NCBI RefSeq assembly: GCF_026571515.1
Contig: NW_026859662.1
Span: 62,001 to 113,988, forward strand
DNA length: 51,988 nt
Direction of reading: 5' to 3'
Origin: Ruditapes philippinarum
Taxonomy: Eukaryota
Shown here: piece by piece, positions 1 through 12,900 of the stretch
Position numbering within the stretch: position 1 is the first letter of the stretch
Layout of the letters: each line of letters begins with the position of its first letter
Position numbers and translations under genes: made by a program
Notes under the pieces: generated by a model
Database searches by the model: none
The model's input: only the letters and a program-made list of their open reading frames with translations
Told to the model about the DNA's origin: nothing

Positions 1-42
1 ATTACTCGTTTTCTTTAAAACACAATTGTGACTGATTTTCAG

Positions 43-2811
43 ATTAAGTACACTAGCTGGTCACAAGATGACGAAAGATAATCCGAACATCGCTGACTTG
101 AGTGATAACTACAGACCCACAAATATTGCTGAGCAATTTAGAGAAGTATATGACAATGAGTGGACACAAGCTTATGAAGAACTAGATCAGCATTATCGTA
201 ATGACGAGACGAGAATAATTGACTCTCTTTTGTCGATTTTAAAGGTATTTGTATTTGTAAATTAAGGTATGAGGTGCCTAATGCAAAACCTCCTTAGTTT
301 GAGAAAACTTTTCAATTTAAATGAGTATACAGAGTTTACGTGGGATGTGAGTTTAACCCTGATTGATTGCATTTTAAAATGTTTTCTGCTATTTATTGTT
401 ACTTTGATGTCTTTTCAGATTGTCTTGTCCTTGTCTTTTTTCTGAAAATGTTGAATTAAGAAATATTTGGAAATTGATATGTGCTTTGTATGGTTAAAAT
501 AGTAAAAATAAAGTAGTTTTCCAACTGTCTTTATTGTCAAATCGGGATAGTAAGGCTCCCTTATTCTTAGCTCAAATGTTTAGAATTGCATCTTGATAAT
601 TACCATATGAAGATATAACGATGCCCAATTGATAAAATATATATGACCGGTTTTCTGAACCCATCCTTATTCTATTCTATCAAATCTGACAGATACCTGT
701 TTCAATTAACCTCACTTCTTTCAGATATGCTTTTCTTTGCATTACTTGGATTGTTACGTACCGTTTCTCTGATTAGATTAAGATGAAATATGTTAAAACT
801 CGTCCTTAACTGATCAAAACATATGTGTTGCTGTTGTTGTACTATATAACTGATACAATTGTTTGACTTAAATCATCAATATTTTCAAATCAAGATGGTA
901 AACTTATGTTACCTTTGTGTATTTGTTTAATGAGGTTTTAAATTACATAATATTATATTGCACATTGCGTTCTGAATTTCCAATAGCTTGTTTTTGTTAT
1001 GCCTTTAAAAAGTCGCTTCTATTCTGGATAGTTCCCTTTAAAGCGACCTTCAACATTTATTTTCTGTTTGAAAAACAAGTCTGTGTTGTTTCAGTATTTC
1101 ACATTTTGAATTAATATACAAAGAATTTAACCTTCAGTAAAGCTGAACGCCGCTTTAAAACAGTAGCTTTTTACTACCTGTTTTTAAAACTTATTGTAAT
1201 TATCAAAGAAAGAAAACTGGCCTTAACCTATTAAGCCCAGCTATTCATTTCCTACTTTCCTTTATTTATTCATGACGTTATTTCTTATCATAACATTTAT
1301 TAAAGGACACATTGTCATGACCTAATCCTGATACACTTTCAACACTTTGAATATCGTGGTTATTATTGATTCTATCTTAGATAAACATATTTAATTTTCA
1401 GAACATAGAAGCGTTTTGTGTAGAGGTGTCTTCCCATCAATTTGCTTCACTGAAATCAGCAATTGAAAATGAACTGACCTATCCAAAATATAAACTTGAA
1501 AACGGAACTGTAATGGTAATATAGCGCTTATTATTGATTTGAAAGTTAATCCGCCCGATTGTTTTGAGATTAATCCGCCCACTTGCTCGTGTTATTTAAA
1601 CTTCATATGATAAATCATACAGAGGCATAAACTTCAAAGTAAATATTTTCTATTAATTATCAAATTAAAATTGAATTGTTTATTGTATATTTTTACATTA
1701 TTTCTTCTGTTGATTTTTCTACTTAGGCAGGAAAACATAGAGCCGAAATGTCGTCGTCACAAAAAGACATCGAAGATAAATTTCTGAAGGATTTAAGAAA
1801 ATCGTTAGGTATTTTGTCAACAGGGCCACTAGCACAGGTCTGATACTTGTTTGTTTATTAGGGTATTATATCAGACACATGGCATATTAATTGATTATGA
1901 AAAGCCACTCTAAGTTAATTGAAAAAGTTGCTGTAAATTAATTAAATTGGAACTTTAAAATGTCACTGTAAATTAGTTGAAGATGTCAAATGTCGCTGTT
2001 ACTCGAAAATGTCAGTATAAGTAAGTTTATTGAAAATGTCGCTGTAAGTTAAAAAGAAAGGTTAATTGTCGCTGTTAGTAAACTAACATGTCAGTGTAAG
2101 TTAGTGTCAAATGTCAATGTAAGTTAATAAAAATCCTTTCAGTAAGTTTAATAAAAATGATGCTGTAAGTTTATAGAAAATGTTAAATGTAGCTGTAAGT
2201 ATATTTGAAATGTCAAATGTTAATGCCACACATTGATGTAAGTTTTCTGAAAATGTAAGTTAATAGAAAAATGTCAAATACCACTGTAAGCTATTGACCA
2301 AAGTCTCTGTAAGGTAATAGACAATGTTGCTGTCCAATATCGTACGTTTTCTTTCTTCTTCTGATGATAAACACGAATCTATTTTATCTATTCTCTGCAT
2401 TTTCGATTTATCGTATATCGCACAATTATATATACCGAAATATTATATCATATGCGCGTACATACACGGAAAATACAATTTGGAAACTTTCTTTGCTGTT
2501 TATTGTATGTTTCAGTTTGCTATCACTTTCAGATATTTCATGAAGTCCATATGAAAAAACAGCTTGGAGCTGAGTTTTCTTCGGCTGGTCTTAAAACATT
2601 TATTGTCCAATCTGTAAAACTTGTGTGGATGATGAAGATGCAGACGCCACCGATGGCATTTATCTGGGCGGAACCCAAACAAAATGTTGATAAGAACAGA
2701 TTTACGTTCTATACAAGAAGGGGAGACGTTATCAAGCAATGTATTTGGCCAGCTCTTGCACTACATAAAAATGGGCCTCTTATGTCCAAGGGCATTGTGC
2801 AGGCCGTGTGA
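43..2811 (+). CDS. Mieap/SPATA18 C-terminal-domain protein, array gene 1 (5' part outside window)
   Basis: Exons 43-244 (phase-2 acceptor; LSTLAGHKMTKDNPNIADLSDNYRPTNIAEQFREVYDNEWTQAYEEL...ILK), 1402-1515 (NIEAFCVEVSSHQF...), 1727-1837 (...FLKDLRKSLG...PLAQ), 2533-2811 (...VKLVWMMKMQTPPM...FTFYTRRG...IWPALALHKNGPLMSKGIVQAV*). All introns are GT-AG and in frame. AATAAA at 2906. Family assigned by recalled motif match to the Mieap C-terminus, not by a database search. Confidence 0.88.
1915..2335. repeat. Degenerate minisatellite in the last intron of gene 1
   Basis: Many diverged copies of roughly AAAATGTCGCTGTAAGTTAATTG, spaced about 20-30 bp apart. Confidence 0.75.
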
Positions 2812-3102
2812 TGAAATAACATTTTTGTGATATATAGACTTAAGCTCTAAATATATGCATTATCATATTTTTGTCACTTTCATTTGTTGATTTTCTATCA
2901 TATGAAATAAATAAATGTATAATTTTGATTATGATGATCTTTTAGACTTTTACTTATCCCATTGACTTAACACCATCATAAACGTATACTAACGCATAGC
3001 TGTGCTTCATATGATTCTACATAACACCGAATTATTGCAAAACATACTAAGAAGAAATAGTATGCAAAAATGACTATGCATATCATGAACGTATGCCCTG
3101 AT

Positions 3103-3568
3103 TACGGAATACCGTTAAGGCCATCGTGGTTATACTTTATAATCCAGAGGGCGACAATGCGACAGCACGATAGTGTGATGACGACAGTACCACAGTGCGA
3201 TGACCACAATGTGATGACGTCAATGCGATAGTGCATGGCGACAGTGCGATAACGCAATGACGACAGTAAAATAATGCGACAGTGCGATAACGCGATGACG
3301 ACACTGCGAAAACGCGATGGCGACAGTGCGATAATGCGATGGAGACAACGCGATAGTACTATCGCACTATCGTATTGTCGCTATCGCATTGTCGCCAGCG
3401 CACTATTGCATCGTTGCATTATCGTACTGTCGTCATCGCGTTATCGCACTGTCGCCATCAAACTTTGGCATTGTCGTCATCGCACTGTTTACTGTCGTCA
3501 TCGCATTATCACATTGTCGCCCTCTGGATTATAATGCATAGCCACGATGGCCCTTACAGTATTCCGTA
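3103..3568. mobile_element. Non-autonomous foldback DNA transposon (MITE), IS3EU-like
   Basis: Begins TACGGAATACCGTTAAGGCCATCGTGG..ATAATCCAGAGGGCGACAATG and ends with its near-exact reverse complement (...TATTCCGTA). Exact 6-bp TSD CCTGAT at 3097-3102 and 3569-3574. Interior is GCGATGACGACAGT-type repeats mirrored about ~3357. TAY..RTA ends with a 6-bp TSD fit the IS3EU superfamily. Confidence 0.9.
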
Positions 3569-4837
3569 CCTGATGGCTAGACTATGCTGGCAAAATGATA
3601 CTGAAGTTGAACATTATGTACCAACTGTATCCCAAATCCTGAACCACCCAAATCCCAATACAGCTCCTCTCTGTTGTGCTGTGAGTTTGTATACCTAGTC
3701 TAAAAGCGTCATGCCTCTAGATGATCCTCAATATTTCAAGAAAATTAAACATTAAAATGATTTTTTTTAAAAAGATTTAAAGTAAAGTAAAAAGATTTAA
3801 AATTCAAATAATAGTTTGCATGTTATGAGCGATTAAGGACTTATTTTAATGTATTTATCACGATATTTCTACTGCGTTATTAACGCAGTAAGAGCTATTT
3901 TTTACTATTTTGACCGCATTTTTGGTAATTTACGTTTTTTGCAAGTGCTGTTTGCAATATTCGAATAATTTTGTTCAATTCACAATATTTTACTTTTAAA
4001 TACATTTTTCAAATTTAAATGAAAATTAACAAGAATGTGAACGCATGCTACTTTAAACGTTGTCATAAATATTTCATTTTTATCTCCCTTAAAATCGTTA
4101 ACAAAAGTTTAATTTTCTTTATAATGCATTCATGTAAAACAATTATATATAGTGACAATTATAAAGTGTTTCGCTTTTATACTTTGGATATTGATCCGAA
4201 TAATAATAGTAAGGGATTAAATTACCACTCGTATAATTGAATAAACATGGCAGAACAACTGGCATAGTACGAGATAAAAATGGTAAGTAATTTATTTATG
4301 GTTTAACAAGTTTTAATTAATTAAACTATATTCAACCATATTTTTACTAATTGATGATGTATGCTTATCATAAGATTTATTTAAAATTCAACGAAGTTAT
4401 GTCATATGATGAATGGGGCTATCATTGTCCGAGTATTCCACTTTTCAATATGTAAAAAATATACGAACATGTATATAAGTAAGTAGGTGTGATCTGGTTT
4501 TTTAAACTGAACGTATAAATATGTGCGTCCTGAATACGTTTATGTAAGAACACAACGATGCTTGCTAGAGCTATACAGATCTGCTTCTTTCCACTCGTTA
4601 CCCGGGATATATTTCAAACACAAACATACATTTAGTATAAACATACTTTATTCAGGTATGATTATTTGATCCACCCACCAGTCTGTTCTCTGGATCCAAC
4701 CAGTACTGGTTTCATTCGTGATCTCAGTGGAGCTTGTATACTATAAGATCACTTGGTTAATCTGGGTTAAAAGTCTATTAACCAATTGTTAATCCCTGCT
4801 AGTGGCTAATGTCTTATGTTACTTTTCATATTTCATA

Positions 4838-5070
4838 AGGTTGCATGGTCATAGTGTCCGCCTAATATCCTGAAACAATGTCGGGTTCGATATCCTGGCA
4901 GATCGAATCTATGTCAATTAAAATAAGATTATTGTAGCTACCTTACTCTATTGATGTGATTGACAGTGAGGGATATACTTAAAGGTGGAACACACAAGTA
5001 AAGCAATATTATACAATTGAAAACTATGCTCATCCCTGTTTAAACATTGTTGTCACGAAATTAAGCACGC
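4838..5070 (+). mobile_element. Degenerate tRNA-derived SINE remnant
   Basis: A-box-like TGGTCATAGTG and B-box-like GGGTTCGATATCC, followed by a SINE-like body; heavily decayed. Confidence 0.4.
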
Positions 5071-5143
5071 TCTATTTATAACAGTTTCTTCTTCTTCTTG
5101 ATGGACTCTAATCCTAATTTATCTGTATAAAGGTTGTATTAAA

Positions 5144-7930
5144 ATGGCTAGCACGATGAACAGTAGCAAGTCCGATCAGCTAATAGACGTACTGAAACAG
5201 GTTCAAGCAAGGAAGACTGTTAGACCAGAAGATGCGACCAAAGCTTTACAACAATATTATAAAGTTCAAGAACACATCAAAGCGCTTAAGTCTGAAATAG
5301 AACTGTTCAAAGCGAACCAAGAACAAAAGGTATGTTTCTTTCCGTTAAAAGTGCCACAGATAATTTTGTTCGAGATTCAAATATTATGCTTTCGGGATGT
5401 TGATTGTAACAGGCTTCTTCGTGAAATTATATAATGTTAGGAACAAATGAACATTTTATGTGATTCATTTGTAAAATTAACCAATATTAATTTATCTTTA
5501 ACAAATTATAATTAAAATGCTGGTATATTAAACATAGGAAGGACAAGCACGGCCAATACCTCAAACTAAGGGTAAAGTACCAATAACAAGGAAGAATAGT
5601 ATTAATTCCCAAAACAATGGTAATAATCAGCAAAGCCCACTATCCAGACAACCGCCACGTAATATAAATGGCACAGTACAAACTAACGGAACTTCAGGAG
5701 CATCTTCACGTTCTCCGAGACGTCCGTCAAAGGTTTCGACCACCGATGATGTCAGATCACAAGGGACACAATCTTCTAAACTTGTTACAAAGAATGGAGC
5801 TACAGGAATACCAAAACCAAATAATCCAGACTCACCTGAGAAAGATAAAGAAGTATCTAGATTAAAGCTACCAATTACTCAAACAAAGGTCACGCCAGAT
5901 AATAAAGTGAATAAGTAAGACATTTTAAGGTTATTTCCTATTCAGTTTTTGTAGTTTATGTACGTATTTCTCGTTTATAATATGTTACTTTTCTTATTTT
6001 AAAATCTTAAAATAAAAGAACAGTATGTTTTTTTTGCTTTAAGTAGTATAGAACTTAATCATTAGCTAATAATTTATATTTATATTTAAGATAAATGTTA
6101 CACGAACATCTAAATGATAAATTGTAGTTAGAAAGCCTTTGGCTGTAAACAAAATTAACGCTTAAAGTTTATAGCTTATATATCTTATAGATGAGATGTG
6201 TTTGATTTTGGTCTATGCAGGGAACCAAACGCCGTTGCAGTCATGGAGAACGGAAACAAAGTTACATTGTTACAAAAGCGTGATATACCTGTCCCTGCAC
6301 AATTAGTGGAGGAATTCAAGAAAATATATAACACAGAATACAAGACTGCCTACCATGATCTTGAACATCATTATAAACTAAAGGAAGACAATATTACCGA
6401 ACTACTAGCAGCAATAGCAAAGGTAAAATCGGCTAAGAGATGGCTTTCTTTACTGGTATAGCATTTATTCTCCATAAATTTGCGTTTTGAAGATCTTTCT
6501 CTAAATTTGCATAACAATGGTAGCTACAGATTAAAACTTCATAAAGAAGAATGTTTTATAATCTGTCAGTCACTTTTACCCGTTATTTATCATTAATTTG
6601 CATCGTTTTTTAAAAACATTCACAACTTACTTTGTCCATATAAATGAAAACTTATTCACCAAGCATGATTTCATTTTAATATGTGGCTTCTTATTCAATA
6701 CAATAAAATCTGCCATATTCATTTTAGGAGGCGTATACATTTTGCACAAACACTTCAAAACAACAGTTTGACGACATATTTAAGGCCCATGCTCATGTGA
6801 TAGATGTACTTGTTCAACCAAAATATGTACCGCAAATCAAAGATACAATGGTGAGTAAAAAAGAAACGGAGCACACTGTCATTTTACTTGTTTAAAACTA
6901 GAAATTCTTATTACTCTTTGTTGCAACGTTAATCATTCCACATTACGTCTTTTAATAACACTCTGGACAACAAAATAGCCAAATGGAAGCCTTGTCAATC
7001 TCAAGAAATTTCATTTATCTATTCATTTTATTTTGTTATTTATATGTGATACTCAACAAATTAGGATTAATGCTGCTGTTGTTATCTTCATCACTTTACT
7101 CAAAATTTTTAAAAGTTATTTCTTAACCTGTCAAGTTCATTTCGACATACCGTCGCAGATAAAACGTTATATCTAGTATTTGTTTCTATTTTTTGTAGAT
7201 ACCAAAGTCGAAATCAATAATAGACAAAGAGGGTTATCAAGTTACTCGCAGATTTTTAAAAGATTATAGACGAGCAATGGCCAAGTTTCCCATTCCAGGC
7301 CTTATAGAAGTATACTTTAAATATTTCGTTATTAAAAGAATATAAATATATTTGAAATTACATTGACATGAAGATACCATAAAGTACTTGTACATCTTAC
7401 TGTTGTTATTTATAAACTATCAGTCCTAGATAGAGATATAAGAAGTATTTAAACAAATGTTCATTCATTTTACTGAAATTTCAATCGAAAGCATGTGTAC
7501 TGATACGAAAAATGGTACTTATATTGTAAAAGTCTAGGAAAACAATTTTCAGTTTTATTAAATATACATAACTAAATGTGTAAGATGATAATTATTTTGG
7601 TTGAACAAAAATATGTTAATCAAACTTGATTTTCTTCAGATTTTTGAAACGATAGTACAACGAGATGTTCTAAATCGTCATACAGCATTACGGATTACAC
7701 CAAAGGCATCACGACCATACATTCATCGTCTCATTGAAGTCAGCTGGTATATGAGTATGCACGAACCACCGTTAGTTCAAGTGTGGCCACGTGGTGGCCA
7801 ATTAATGAACAGAGATTGGTTTACACCGTATGGCAAGAAAGGTGCAACAATTATACATACAGTATGGCCAGCATTGCTTGACCATAAAGATGGAACTCTT
7901 GCGGAGAGGGGAATCTGCCTTGTGAAGTGA
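5144..7930 (+). CDS. Mieap-domain protein, array gene 2 (~429 aa)
   Basis: join(5144-5329,5538-5914,6221-6422,6728-6850,7199-7309,7640-7930) is open throughout, with intron phases 0,2,0,0,0. Motifs FKKIYNTEYKTAY, EAYTFC, FLKDYRR, WYMSMHEPP, FTPYGKKG, VWPALL, RGICLVK*. Exon 2 is an S/N/Q/P-rich linker read in a different frame from the supplied ORF 5668-5865. Confidence 0.88.
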
Positions 7931-8439
7931 CATTTCAGGCTTTATCTCAAAATTGAACTTTCTTAACTGGCTTTCCTAACAAATCATAAAAGCAAATGAA
8001 GATTTGATATAAAGTAAAGCAGTCTTATGAAATTATGTACAGTTTATTTGGAGCTTCCGTTTATTTTATTGTTATTTATATTATAAACTGAATAAATTTA
8101 TCTATTGTATTACGCTATTTAATGTATTTCGTTTTCTTAACATAAACCTGACAAGAAAAATACCTTTCATAAATTTTTATCCGGAAAAAATGTTTCCATA
8201 TTTGCTTAAACAATTTGCTTAACAAGTCTGAGATTAACAAATTACTCCCGTCACTTTGTATAGCTACTTATCAATTAACTATTTCTAAGCTCAATTAAAT
8301 CGTCATCTCATGACAGTGCTTTCAATCACAACCAATTATAAATTGTGTGCTTAACGTATTTCCAAGTGTATATAACAACACTGAAGTAAAGTACGGACTA
8401 ACACTAACATTTTACAGCTGTTGCACAGCACAAGACACA

Positions 8440-8825
8440 TGCTATTGGGAAGTATAAAAATATGGAGAAAGTCTGATCTCTCGGTAGCATTAATCACAAA
8501 TAAATTACATGTAAATTGCGTACTAAGTATTCTGTTTGATTGAGTCTGTACTCGTGAGAGATTATGAAAAAAGTGCAACATCCCTCACGACCCTAGCACC
8601 GGTTTGATTGGTATTCAATTTTCAACACTTAAAAATGCTAGAATCAATTATCCCGAATGACCAGAAAATACTGAAGTGAAGTTCGAAGCAACATTTTACA
8701 GTTGTTATATAGCACTTGACACCTGCTGTTGTGAAGTATAATGATCTGGCGAAAGTTTGGTCCTCGGAATCATTTATCCAAACAAAATTTCAAGAAATTT
8801 GCAGACTCGGTTTGATTGACAATGT
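8440..8825. repeat. Dispersed repeat, two diverged units, related to 30492-30607 and the 40681/40987 inserts
   Basis: Shares CTCGGxAGCATTAATCACAA..AAATTACA and TTGCAGACTCGGTTTGATTGA with the other copies; likely a Helentron-associated repeat unit (inference). Confidence 0.6.
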
Positions 8826-9936
8826 TATCAATTATATCAAAACTCATATATGTTACATTTTAGTTACATTGACACAGTACAGGCCGAGGTAACATGCAAT
8901 GGCTTGCACTGTTTATTTCTTTTGGTAAGCAATATGAATCGGCAAATTTCCTCTTATCGATATAAAGTACCGGTAAATGAACCTCAGCAATAAAGCTACA
9001 GTCACATAACGATTGATTGATTGACTCATTTTTATGGCGTGACTCTGATAGACAATTTCGACGATTTTGCACAAAAGAATTCCCATAGACCTACAACATT
9101 AATGCCTTATCCTTAATTGTTAGAATATGTAAAATATAAATTCGTTAAATTATTTCTTTCATCAAATGCAATATCTTAAATACCGGTATGTTCCTAATAT
9201 TTTGTGTTGTAAAGACCTCACTAAGTTCGACCATGTGTATTCATACATTATATAACCAAATGGGTAAATGAGAAACAATTGAGTAGAATTCAAACCAGTT
9301 GGCATTTTCAGAACAGCTTTATAATCATATTGCATTACGAGAGAGTCTGTTTTGGTATAACAAATTTAATGTCAAGTGACAGATTTATTACTTTCTATTA
9401 TGCTGACAACGAGCAGACTTTAACGTTCGAATCTTGCCTGGCTAAATTACACACTATATAAGAAACTTAGAATAGTAAGGCAGCTTTGAGTAATTGCTTA
9501 GATATAGTTCCTAGGACGTTATTGTATTGCTCGATAGTTAAGACATACTGCAAGTGGTGTAGATAGTCTTGGTTCGATACATTTTAAGAAATCTTTAAAT
9601 ATTTCATTTCCAATCGATATAATACCTTTAAATTATACATTGCATTTTATTTTTAGAGAGGACTATATAACTTTACCATAAACTATTCAAAATAATCGGT
9701 CCATGAAACTTTTCTGAAATTCAATAGTGCTAAATCTAAATCATATTGATATAATAACCTAATTAAATAAGCATTTTCGATGGAACAAACTCTTGTCACT
9801 AATATTGATTTAATTTGAAATCACAAGATAATAATTAACTTATTATTGTGAAATGTAAATTGTAGAAATTGGCAAAGAGATTTAAGATTTCAGGATTACA
9901 TTATTTGATCAAAAAAAGAAGATAAAATAGAACAAG

Positions 9937-12900
9937 ATGACACAGGCTATGATGCGGGTGATTGAGAAGAAAGGGATTGTAAAGGTTCCTGAGGAATATG
10001 TTCAAAGAGAAAAATTTACGACAAGTTCTCAGCTAGAGGACGATGATGACCTTGTAGCCACTTGTTTAGCCAAGCTCCAAGATGGTATAAAAGTCACTCC
10101 ATTAGAAGCGACAGATGCTCTTAAGCAGTACAGAAAGTTTCAAAATGAAATGGGACGACTACAAACGCTTATCAGCAGACCCTCGGTAATATAGTTTCAT
10201 TTTATATAAATAATGTATTTTTCGACAACAAAGCGTATGTTGACTTGTTTATTTATAACCCATACTTTTTAATGGGAACAAACTTTAAAATGTTAACTGA
10301 GGAACCTTTTTACTTCTTGTTGTTTTGTTGTGTGATTTTTTTTCTTTAATTTTCACATGGACGTCTTCAAAATGCTTGTTAAATACAACAGTACTGTGAT
10401 AAAAGTTATGCAGTTTTGTATCATGCGTCTTTGTTCATTAACATCTGCAAAAGCACGAGGACGCATTTAAAACCCGAGACCGCAGGACGATAGCTTCTGC
10501 AGATGTAAATGTACGAACATGGTGCATATGTGTGGTTCTTGCATGCAAGTACAAATCGGTTATTCCGAGTTTCTGCATCACTTGCATTTCGTATAAAGAA
10601 ACCATTGCTTTTTTTGATATTTTCCATGATTGTGCGCCGTCAGTTGACAATTATGTTTTGGTAATAACTTTACCGGGCCACCATTGCATTAAGCTGTCCT
10701 TAAATTGCCTTGACTTACACAGTCATATTGAAAACGTGCCGCAACGGCGCGAGGTCTATGTTTTTATGTAAGAATCTTATTTAATGGTCTAAATAAGTAT
10801 TTGTAGCATATAGAAAATGAAAACTGTTTGTTTTTTTCAATATACAGAGATATCCGAAGATGACATCTAGCCTTTACATGCAAGAAAAAAGTTTCAAAGA
10901 TAGAACAAAGAAAATAATAGAAGCAAAGGAGAAAGAGATCGTTTCAATGAAACAAAAGGTGACGGAAATGTCTCTCAGGTATTGCTGTCTCATAATTGAT
11001 TTGTCTAATCTTTATCAAGTCACAGAATATGTATTCAAATACGGGGTAATCTGATTTTAATGAGTAGAAACTCAGATAGCCAAGCGGATTTATGTATGTT
11101 CTTTCTCTTCTATCCTTACAGAACGCTAAAACCTGTTGCCAATCTCCATGCATATTAAATTGATACTAGACTTCGCTATCTTTATTCTTGTCTTTTTATA
11201 TCTCGTATCATGAAGTCAGTTTAGTAAGCGCCCCTGGAACCAACATTGAATGCATGTTTTTACTTCCAACGGACAGTCTGTAACTGATATAATGGTATCT
11301 TATACCGCACTCTACAGTACTGTTTATACATTGAAAAGGTCTCCCAGCTATAAAACAAAGAATTTAATTGCATCGAGTACTGACTTCTTTTGCTTTGGAA
11401 AAAAAACCATTGATTTGTTTCAGTGTCTGTAAAAGTTTCAGGTATGGTAAGTTATCGTTTATTAGACATTTTATATTTTACTTTTATATCTTATGCAACA
11501 CAATGGAAATTTACATATCTTGCCTGTTATTGTCAAGTAAACATTATATCTAATGTTCCTATCTATGTAAAGCAGGGTTATCCAATGGTATGTATTTTTT
11601 TTTATTAATTCTCACACATGATGATATCCTCTTCAGATTAAGTGCTATACTCGGTACTCAGGTTGTTGAACCAGATGAGAAGAAAAGTGATCTTACAGAT
11701 AGCATTAAGCCAGTGGATATAGCAGAAAACTACAGAGCAATTTATGATAATGAATACCAAACAGCGTATGAAGAACTTGCAATAGCCCTTGATGAAGCAA
11801 AGGTTTTAGTATATCTTGGCAAAGTAACATGGGTATGTCTAAGGTTTTGTTAATTGTTCGCAAATAAAATGTTATATTATAAATTATTAAATGCATTGTC
11901 AAGTAATAATTTATAGTTTGTCCTATGTTTTTAAAATAGAGTTTGGAAATTTATTTTTATTAAGGATATTCATATAAACTTGAAAGACGATATTGTATCT
12001 TTGCAAAGTAGCATGGGCAGTAACATGGGTATGTTAAAAGTATTGATAGCAACAAATAAGCATTGCATTTACAATAATAATTAATTGTTTGTCTTAAAAC
12101 TTTAAAGAAGAATTTGGTAGAACTTGGATATTTAATCTAGGAAATTCACCAAAACTTCAAGTACGATATCGTACCTTTTTAATTTTTGTGGTCGCATCAA
12201 CACAATTTAGGTCATATAGCTTCACTCTTTACTGGCGGAGAAAGACCTCAGGTGCCCATATGTACATTATTTCAGACACAAACGGGCACCTGAATAGAAC
12301 CACCGCCGCTCCGTAACTTCATTCAATTTCATTTGTGTATGGAAAAGTGAAATGTATTTAGCTAACATGTTTCACACTATCATAAGGCTGCCTATGAATT
12401 CGGAAAAGATATGGCAAAACAGCAACTTGAGGATCTGATGAGAAAGGAAATGGAGATTCTTAAGATAATGTCAAAGCCAAGCTATGAGGAGAAAGAACAA
12501 CGAAAACCAATAGTAAACACATTACGATTTAATATTCTATTTCGTAACGAACACTTGCAAAAGCAAAACTTTGTTACAACTTAACATAACATCTTTATCG
12601 CAATATATTACAACATCTAAATTGATTTTGAACATGTGTCCATTTATTGATACAAAATTCTTTTACTTTATGGTTTCAATTAAAACAAAATGCGTAAATA
12701 CATAAAATATTTACATTCCTCAGGTAGCTGATGGTATTTCAGCCAGAAAGTTTGAGAGGGATGAAACATTACAACTTTTGAAAGACTATCGAAGGTGTCT
12801 AGCTCGGACGTCGGTCCCTGGTGTAAAACAGGTAAATACTAACAGTTACTAGAGCACTACGTACGACGAATTGCTGTTCTCAAGTAGCTTGTTGAACTGA

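Noticed and set aside
3274-3698. ORFs 3274-3534 and 3375-3698 (R/C/H-rich)
   Set aside because: They are translations of the foldback MITE's internal repeats.
5668-5865. ORF MAQYKLTELQ...
   Set aside because: Alternative frame of gene 2 exon 2; the splice phases require the other frame.
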